Shown piece after piece: positions 54,001 through 64,000 of a DNA stretch of 64,000 nt (position 1 is its first letter; the number at the start of each line of letters is the position of its first letter). This DNA comes from Eledone cirrhosa. Lineage: Eukaryota. A program made the position numbers and the translations under genes. The notes beneath the pieces were generated by a model, which made no database searches, was not told where the DNA came from, and was given only the letters and a program-made list of their open reading frames with translations. Location of the stretch: contig OZ024742.1 of NCBI GenBank assembly GCA_964016885.1, forward strand, positions 344,162,001 to 344,226,000. The letters are read 5' to 3'.

Positions 54001-57000
54001 ACTGTAACTATTCCACTGTTATCACATGTTATAGTCATTGTCAGCCATGTCACTGTAATATATAGTTCATCTTTAAGACTGTAACTATTCCACTGTTGTG
54101 ACGTGTTATAGTCATTGTCAGCCATGTCACTGTAAAATATAGTTCCTCTTTAAGACTGTAACTATTCCACTGTTGTGACATGTTATAGTCATTGTCAGCC
54201 ATGTCACTGCAATATATAGTTCCTCTTTAAGACTGTAACAATTTCACTGTTGTGACATGTTATAGTCATTGTCAGCCATGTCACTGTAATATATAGTTCC
54301 TCTTTAAGACTCTAACTATTCCACTGTTGTGACATGTTATAGTCATTGTCAGCCATGTCACTGCAATATATAGTTCCTCTTTAAGACTGTATCTATTCCA
54401 CTGTTGTGACGTGTTATAGTCATTGTCAGCCATGTCACTGTAATATATAGTTCCTCTTTAAGACTGTAACTATTCCACTGTTGTGACATGTTATAGTCAT
54501 TGTCAGCCATGTCACTGCAATATATAGTTCCTCTTTAAGACTGTAACTATTCCACTGTTGTGACATGTTATAGTCATTGTCAGCCATGTCACTGTAATAT
54601 ATAGTTTCTCTTTAAGACTGTAACTATTCCACTGTTGTCACGTGTTATAGTCATTGTCAGCCATGTCACTGTAATATATAGTTCCTCTTTAAGACTCTAA
54701 CTATTGCACTGTTGTGACATGTTATAGTCATCGTCAGCCATGTCACTGCAATATATAGTTCCTCTTTAAAACTGTAACTATTCCACTGTTGTGACATGTT
54801 ATATTCATTGTCAGCCATGTCACTGTAATATATAGTTCCTCTTTAAGACTGTAACTAATCCACTGTTGTGACATGTTATAGTCATTGTCAGCCATGTCAC
54901 TGTAATATATAGTTCCTCTTTAAGACTGTAACTATTCCACTGTTGTCACATGTTATAGTCATTGTCAGCCATGTCACTGTAATATATATAGTTCCTCTTT
55001 AAGACTGTAACTATTCCACTGTTGTGACATGTTATAGTCATTGTCAGCCATGTCAATGTAATATATAGTTCCTCTTAAAGACTAACTATTCCACTGTTGT
55101 GACATGTTATAGTCATTGTCAGCCATGTCACTGTAATATATAGTTCCTCTTTAAGACTGTAACTATTCCACTGTTATCACATGGTATAGTCATTGTCAGC
55201 CATGTCACTGTAATATATAGTTCCTCTTTAAGACTAACTATATCACTGTTGTGACATGTTATAGTCATTGTCAGCCATGTCACTGTAATATATAGTTCCT
55301 CTTTAAGACTGTAACTATTCCACTGTTGTGACATGTTATAGTCATTGTCAGCCATGTCACTGCAATATATAGTTCCTCTTTAAGACTAACTATTCCACTG
55401 TTGTCACATGTTATAGTCATTTGTCAGCCATGTCACTGTAATATATAGTTCCTCTTTAAGACTAACTATTCCACTGTTGTCACATGTTATAGTCATTGTC
55501 AGCCATGTCACTGTAATATATAGTTCATCTTTAAGACTAACTATATCACTGTTGTGACATGTTATAGTCATTGTCAGCCATGTCACTGTAATATATAGTT
55601 CCTCTTTAAGACTGTAACTATTCCACTGTTGTCACAAGTTATAGTCATTGTCAGCCATGTCACTGTAATATATAGTTGTTCTTTAAGACTGTAACTATTC
55701 CACTGTTGTGACATGTTATAGTCATTATCAGCCATGTCACTGTAATATATAGTTCCTCTTTAAGACTGTAACTATTCCACTGTTGTCACAAGTTATAGTC
55801 ATTGTCAGCCATGTCACTGTAATATATAGTTCCTCTTTAAGACTGTAACTATTCCACTGTTGTGACATGTTATAGTCATTGTCAGCCATGTCACTGTAAT
55901 ATATAGTTCCTCTTTAAGACTAACTATATCACTGTTGTCACATGTTATAGTCATTGTTAGCCATGTCACTGTAACATATAGTTCCTCTTTAAGACTGTAA
56001 CTATTCCACTGTTGTGACATGTTATAGTCATTGTCAGCCATGTCACTATAATATATAGTTCTTCTTTAAGACTGTAACTATTCCACTGTTGTGACATGTT
56101 ATAGTCATTGTCGGCCATGTCACTGTAATATATAGTTCCTCTTTAAGACTAACTATTCCACTGTTGTGACATGTTATATTCATTGTCAGCCATGTCACTG
56201 TAATATATAGTTCCTCTTTAAGACTGTAACTATTCCACTGTTGTGACATGTTATAGTCATTGTCAGCCATGTCACTGTAATATATAGTTTCTCTTTAAGA
56301 CTGTAACTATTCCACTGTTGTCACATGTTATAGTCATTGTCAGCCATGTCACTGTAATATATAGTTCCTCTTTAAGACTCTAACTATTCCACTGTTGTGA
56401 CATGTTATAGTCATTGTCAGCCATGTCACTGCAATATATAGTTCCTCTTTAAGACTGTAACTATTCCACTGTTGTGACGTGTTATAGTCATTGTCAGCCA
56501 TGTCACTGTAATATATAGTTCCTCTTTAAGACTGTAACTATTCCACTGTTGTGACATGTTATAGTCATTGTCAGCCATGTCACTGCAATATATAGTTCCT
56601 CTTTAAGACTGTAACTATTCCACTGTTGTGACATGTTATAGTCATTGTCAGCCATGTCACTGTAATATATAGTTTCTCTTTAAGACTGTAACTATTCCAC
56701 TGTTGTCACATGTTATAGTCATTGTCAGCCATGTCACTGTAATATATAGTTCCTCTTTAAGACTCTAACTATTCCACTGTTGTGACATGTTATAGTCATT
56801 GTCAGCCATGTCACTGCAATATATAGTTCCTCTTTAAAATTGTAACTATTCCACTGTTGTGACATGTTATATTCATTGTCAGCCATGTCACTGTAATATA
56901 TAGTTCCTCTTTAAGAATGTAACTAATCCACTGTTGTGACATGTTATAGTCATTGTCAGCCATGTCACTGTAATATATAGTTCCTCTTTAAGACTGTAAC

Positions 57001-60000
57001 TATTCCACTGTTGTCACATGTTATAGTCATTGTCAGCCATGTCACTGTAATATATATAGTTCCTCTTTAAGACTGTAACTACTCCACTGTTGTGACATGT
57101 TATAGTCATTGTCAGCCATGTCAATGTAATATATAGTTCCTCTTAAAGACTAACTATTCCACTGTTGTGACATGTTATAGTCATTGTCAGCCATGTCACT
57201 GTAATATATAGTTCCTCTTTAAGACTAAATATATCACTGTTGTGACGTGTGATAGTCATTGTCAGCCTTATCACTGTAATATATAGTTCATCTTTAAGAC
57301 TAACTATATCACTGTTGTGACATGTTATAGTCATTGTCAGCCATGTCACTGTAATATATAGTTCCTCTTTAAGACTGTAACTAATCCACTGTTGTGACAT
57401 GTTATAGTCATTGTCAGCCATGTCACTGTAATATATAGTTCCTCTTTAAGACTAACTATTCCACTGTTGTGACATGTTATAGTCATTGTCAGCCATGTCA
57501 CTGTGATATATAGTTACTCTTTAAGACTATCTATTCCACTGTTGTGACATGTTATAGTTATTGTCAGCCATGTCACTGTAATATATAGTTCCTCTTTAAG
57601 ACTGTAACTATTCCACTGTTGTGACATGTTATAGTCATTGTCAGCCATGTCACTGCAATATATAGTTCCTCTTTAAGACTAACTATTCCACTGTTGTCAC
57701 ATGTTATAGTCATTTGTCAGCCATGTCACTGTAATATATAGTTCCTCTTTAAGACTAACTATTCCACTGTTGTCACATGTTATAGTCATTGTCAGCCATG
57801 TCACTGTAATATATAGTTCATCTTTAAGACTAACTATATCACTGTTGTGACATGTTATAGTCATTGTCAGCCATGTCACTGTAATATATAGTTCCTCTTT
57901 AAGACTGTAACTATTCCACTGTTGTCACAAGTTATAGTCATTGTCAGCCATGTCACTGTAATATATAGTTCCTCTTTAAGACTGTAACTATTCCATTGTT
58001 GTGACATGTTATAGTCATTGTCAGCCATGTCACTGTAATATATAGTTCCTCTGTAAGACTAACTATTCCACTGTTGTCACATGTTATAGTCATTGTCGGC
58101 CATGTCACTGTAATATATAGTTCATCTTTAAGACTGTAACTATTCCACTGTTGTGACATGTTATAGTCATTGTCAGTCATGTCACTGTAATATATAGTTC
58201 CTCTTTAAAACTGTAACTATTCCACTGTTATCACATGTTATAGTCATTGTCAGCCATGTCACTGTAATATATAGTTCATCTTTAAGACTGTAACTATTCC
58301 ACTGTTGTGACGTGTTATAGTCATTGTCAGCCATTTCACTGTAAAATATAGTTCCTCTTTAAAACTGTAACTATTCCACTGTTGTGACATGTTATAGTCA
58401 TTGTCAGCCATGTCACTGCAATATATAGTTCCTCTTTAAGACTGTAACTATTCCACTGTTGTGACATGTTATAGTCATTGTCAGCCATGTCACTGTGATA
58501 TATAGTTCATCTTTAAGACTAACTATTCCACTGTTGTGACATGTTATAGTCATTGTCAGCCATGTCACTGTAATATATAGTTCCTCTTTAAGACTAACAA
58601 TTCCACTGTTGTGATATGTTATAGTCATTGTCAGCCATGTCACTGTAATATATAGTTCCTCTTTAAGACTGTAACTATTCCACTGTTATCACATGTTATA
58701 GTCATTGTCAGCCATGTCACTGTAATATATAGTTCATCTTTAAGACTGTAACTATTCCACTGTTGTGACGTGTTATAGTCATTGTCAGCCATGTCACTGT
58801 AAAATATAGTTCCTCTTTAAGACTGTAACTATTCCACTGTTGTGACATGTTATAGTCATTGTCAGCCATGTCACTGCAATATATAGTTCCTCTTTAAGAC
58901 TGTAACAATTTCACTGTTGTGACATGTTATAGTCATTGACAGCCATGTCACTGTAATATATAGTTCCTCTTTAAGACTGTAACTATTCCACTGTTGTGAC
59001 ATGTTATAGTCATTGTTAGCCATGTCACTGTAATATATAGTTCCTCTTTAAGACTAACTATTCCACTGTTGTGACATGTTATAGTCATTGTCAGCCATGT
59101 CACTGTAATATATAGTTCCTCTTTAAGACTGTAACTATTCCACTGTTGTGACATGTTATAGTCATTGTCAGCCATGTCACTGTAATATATAGTTCCTCTT
59201 TAAGACTAACTATTCCACTGTTGTGACATGTTATAGTCATTGTCAGCCATGTCACTGTAATATATAGTTCCTCTTTAAGACTAACTTTTCCACTGTTGTG
59301 ACATGTTATAGTCATTGTCAGCCATGTCACTGTAATATATAGTTCCTCTTTAAGACTGTAACTATTCCACTGTTGTCATATGTTATTGTCATTGTCAACC
59401 ATGTCACTGTAATATATAGTTCCTCTTTAAGACTGTAACTATTTCACTGTTGTGACATGTCAGTCATTGTCAGCCATGTCACTGTATAAGTTCCTCTTTA
59501 AGACTAACTATATCACTGTTGTGACATGTTATAGTCATTGTCAGCCATGTCACTGTAATATATAGTTCCTCTTTAAGACTAACTATTTCACTGTTGTGAC
59601 ATGTTATAGTCATTGTCAGCCATGTCACTGTAATATATAGTTCCACTTTAAGACTGTAACTATTCCACTGTTGTCACATGTTATAGTCATTGTCAGCCAT
59701 GTCACTGTAATATATAGTTCCTCTTTAAGACTAACTATTCCACTGTTGTCACATGTTATAGTCATTGTCAGCCATGTCACTGTAATATATAGTTACTCTT
59801 TAAGACTGTAACTATTCCACTGTTATCACATGGTATAGTCATTGTCAGCCATGTCACTGTAATATATAGTTCCTCTTTAAGACTAACTATTCCACTGTTG
59901 TGACATGTTATAGTCATTGTCAGCCATGTCACTGTAATATATAGTTCCTCTTTAAGACTGTAACTATTCCACTGTTGTGACATGTTATAGTCATTGTCAG

Positions 60001-63000
60001 CCATGTCACTGTAATATATAGTTTCTCTTTAAGACTGTAACTATTCCACTGTTGTCACATGTTATAGTCATTGTCAGCCATGTCACTGTAATATATAGTT
60101 CCTCTTTAAGACTCTAACTATTCCACTGTTGTGACATGTTATAGTCATTGTCAGCCATGTCACTGCAATATATAGTTCCTCTTTAAGACTGTAACTATTC
60201 CACTGTTGTGACGTGTTATAGTCATTGTCAGCCATGTCACTGTAATATATAGTTCCTCTTTAAGACTGTAACTATTCCACTGTTGTGACATGTTATAGTC
60301 ATTGTCAGCCATGTCACTGCAATATATAGTTCCTCTTTAAGACTGTAACTATTCCACTGTTGTGACATGTTATAGTCATTGTCAGCCATGTCACTGTAAT
60401 ATATAGTTTCTCTTTAAGACTGTAACTATTCCACTGTTGTCACGTGTTATAGTCATTGTCAGCCATGTCACTGTAATATATAGTTCCTCTTTAAAACTGT
60501 AACTATTCCACTGTTGTGACATGTTATATTCATTGTCAGCCATGTCACTGTAATATATAGTTCCTCTTTAAGACTGTAACTAATCCACTGTTGTGACATG
60601 TTATAGTCATTGTCAGCCATGTCACTGTAATATATAGTTCCTCTTTAAGACTGTAACTATTCCACTGTTGTCACATGTTATAGTCATTGTCAGCCATGTC
60701 ACTGTAATATATATAGTTCCTCTTTAAGACTGTAACTATTCCACTGTTGTGACATGTTATAGTCATTGTCAGCCATGTCACTGTAATATATAGTTCCTCT
60801 TAAAGACTAACTATTCCACTGTTGTGACATGTTATAGTCATTGTCAGCCATGTCACTGTAATATATAGTTCCTCTTTAAGACTGTAACTATTCCACTGTT
60901 ATCACATGGTATAGTCATTGTCAGCCATGTCACTGTAATATATAGTTCCTCTTTAAGACTAACTATATCACTGTTGTGACATGTTATAGTCATTGTCAGC
61001 CATGTCACTGTAATATATAGTTCCTCTTTAAGACTGTAACTATTCCACTGTTGTGACATGTTATAGTCATTGTCAGCCATGTCACTGCAATATATAGTTC
61101 CTCTTTAAGACTAACTATTCCACTGTTGTCACATGTTATAGTCATTGTCAGCCATGTCACTGTAATATATAGTTCATCTTTAAGACTAACTATATCACTG
61201 TTGTGACATGTTATAGTCATTGTCAGCCATGTCACTGTAATATATAGTTCCTCTTTAAGACTGTAACTATTCCACTGTTGTCACAAGTTATAGTCATTGT
61301 CAGCCATGTCACTGTAATATATAGTTCCTCTTTAAGACTGTAACTATTCCATTGTTGTGACATGTTATAGTCATTGTCAGCCATGTCACTGTAATATATA
61401 GTTCCTCTGTAAGACTAACTATTCCACTGTTGTCACATGTTATAGTCATTGTCGGCCATGTCACTGTAATATATAGTTCATCTTTAAGACTGTAACTATT
61501 CCACTGTTGTGACATGTTATAGTCATTGTCAGTCATGTCACTGTAATATATAGTTCCTCTTTAAAACTGTAACTATTCCACTGTTATCACATGTTATAGT
61601 CATTGTCAGCCATGTCACTGTAATATATAGTTCATCTTTAAGACTGTAACTATTCCACTGTTGTGACGTGTTATAGTCATTGTCAGCCATTTCACTGTAA
61701 AATATAGTTCCTCTTTAAAACTGTAACTATTCCACTGTTGTGACATGTTATAGTCATTGTCAGCCATGTCACTGCAATATATAGTTCCTCTTTAAGACTG
61801 TAACTATTCCACTGTTGTGACATGTTATAGTCATTGTCAGCCATGTCACTGTGATATATAGTTCATCTTTAAGACTAACTATTCCACTGTTGTGACATGT
61901 TATAGTCATTGTCAGCCATGTCACTGTAATATATAGTTCCTCTTTAAGACTAACAATTCCACTGTTGTGATATGTTATAGTCATTGTCAGCCATGTCACT
62001 GTAATATATAGTTCCTCTTTAAGACTGTAACTATTCCACTGTTATCACATGTTATAGTCATTGTCAGCCATGTCACTGTAATATATAGTTCATCTTTAAG
62101 ACTGTAACTATTCCACTGTTGTGACGTGTTATAGTCATTGTCAGCCATGTCACTGTAAAATATAGTTCCTCTTTAAGACTGTAACTATTCCACTGTTGTG
62201 ACATGTTATAGTCATTGTCAGCCATGTCACTGCAATATATAGTTCCTCTTTAAGACTGTAACAATTTCACTGTTGTGACATGTTATAGTCATTGACAGCC
62301 ATGTCACTGTAATATATAGTTCCTCTTTAAGACTGTAACTATTCCACTGTTGTGACATGTTATAGTCATTGTTAGCCATGTCACTGTAATATATAGTTCC
62401 TCTTTAAGACTAACTATTCCACTGTTGTGACATGTTATAGTCATTGTCAGCCATGTCACTGTAATATATAGTTCCTCTTTAAGACTGTAACTATTCCACT
62501 GTTGTGACATGTTATAGTCATTGTCAGCCATGTCACTGTAATATATAGTTCCTCTTTAAGACTAACTATTCCACTGTTGTGACATGTTATAATCATTGTC
62601 AACCATGTCACTGTAATATATAGTTCCTCTTTAAGACTGTAACTATTTCACTGTTGTGACATGTCAGTCATTGTCAGCCATGTCACTGTATAAGTTCCTC
62701 TTTAAGACTAACTATATCACTGTTGTGACATGTTATAGTCATTGTCAGCCATGTCACTGTAATATATAGTTCCTCTTTAAGACTAACTATTTCACTGTTG
62801 TGACATGTTATAGTCATTGTCAGCCATGTCACTGTAATATATAGTTCCACTTTAAGACTGTAACTATTCCACTGTTGTCACATGTTATAGTCATTGTCAG
62901 CCATGTCACTGTAATATATAGTTCCTCTTTAAGACTAACTATTCCACTGTTGTCACATGTTATAGTCATTGTCAGCCATGTCACTGTAATATATAGTTAC

Positions 63001-64000
63001 TCTTTAAGACTGTAACTATTCCACTGTTATCACATGGTATAGTCATTGTCAGCCATGTCACTGTAATATATAGTTCCTCTTTAAGACTAACTATTCCACT
63101 GTTGTGACATGTTATAGTCATTGTCAGCCATGTCACTGTAATATATAGTTCCTCTTTAAGACTGTAACTATTCCACTGTTGTGACATGTTATAGTCATTG
63201 TCAGCCATGTCACTGTAATATATAGTTTCTCTTTAAGACTGTAACTATTCCACTGTTGTCACATGTTATAGTCATTGTCAGCCATGTCACTGTAATATAT
63301 AGTTCCTCTTTAAGACTCTAACTATTCCACTGTTGTGACATGTTATAGTCATTGTCAGCCATGTCACTGCAATATATAGTTCCTCTTTAAGACTGTAACT
63401 ATTCCACTGTTGTGACGTGTTATAGTCATTGTCAGCCATGTCACTGTAATATATAGTTCCTCTTTAAGACTGTAACTATTCCACTGTTGTGACATGTTAT
63501 AGTCATTGTCAGCCATGTCACTGCAATATATAGTTCCTCTTTAAGACTGTAACTATTCCACTGTTGTGACATGTTATAGTCATTGTCAGCCATGTCACTG
63601 TAATATATAGTTTCTCTTTAAGACTGTAACTATTCCACTGTTGTCACGTGTTATAGTCATTGTCAGCCATGTCACTGTAATATATAGTTCCTCTTTAAAA
63701 CTGTAACTATTCCACTGTTGTGACATGTTATATTCATTGTCAGCCATGTCACTGTAATATATAGTTCCTCTTTAAGACTGTAACTAATCCACTGTTGTGA
63801 CATGTTATAGTCATTGTCAGCCATGTCACTGTAATATATAGTTCCTCTTTAAGACTGTAACTATTCCACTGTTGTCACATGTTATAGTCATTGTCAGCCA
63901 TGTCACTGTAATATATATAGTTCCTCTTTAAGACTGTAACTATTCCACTGTTGTGACATGTTATAGTCATTGTCAGCCATGTCACTGTAATATATAGTTC
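36058..64000. repeat. Tandem satellite array of 77-bp and 75-bp monomers (roughly 365 copies in the window, continuing past the edge)
   Basis: Consensus CCATGTCACTGTAATATATAGTTCCTCTTTAAGACT(GT)AACTATTCCACTGTTGT(G/C)ACATGTTATAGTCATTGTCAG, head-to-tail in a single orientation with no unique spacers or insertions seen. Copy number is estimated as length divided by ~76. Confidence 0.98.

Noticed and set aside
36599-63208. Dozens of minus-strand ORFs with a 25-aa repeat (LYITVTWLTMTITCHNSGIVSLKEE)
   Set aside because: They arise because runs of 75-bp monomers are stop-free in one frame and every 77-bp monomer breaks that frame; there is no sign of frame selection.
36058-64000. CRISPR array or repeat-spacer system
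   Set aside because: The monomers are contiguous with no unique spacers, there are no cas-like ORFs, and the context is a eukaryotic intron.
36058-64000. Calling the array centromeric or telomeric
   Set aside because: No TTAGGG tracts are present and sequence alone gives no evidence; CENP-A ChIP or chromosome position would be needed.

Overview
AT-rich eukaryotic DNA, probably from an octopod or other coleoid cephalopod; this is inferred from the SINE families and the very high (TA)n density, not from a database match. One host gene runs on the + strand: six internal exons of an SLC22-family organic ion transporter (7217-7447, 8888-9090, 10625-11026, 12181-12315, 22429-22514, 34720-34840). 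All have GT-AG boundaries and matching phases and join into one open frame. The first and last exons lie outside the window. The introns hold two decayed Penelope-like retroelements (RT plus C-terminal GIY-YIG) in opposite orientations, two head-to-tail R4/Dong-like RLE LINEs at (TAA)n tracts, an L1/Tx1-like LINE, RTE, CR1/L2 and mariner remnants, MITEs, many tRNA-derived SINEs and several palindromes. From about 36058 to the window end is a >27.9 kb tandem satellite of 77/75-bp monomers with kilobase-scale higher-order duplications, apparently inside an intron of the transporter gene. Nearly all ORFs in the track outside the retroelements and exons are repeat artefacts. I found no convincing novel protein-coding system. 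The best leads are RNA and DNA-structure features: the giant intronic satellite, inverted Penelope copies bracketing four exons, ribozyme-like motifs and a tRNA-bearing foldback element.
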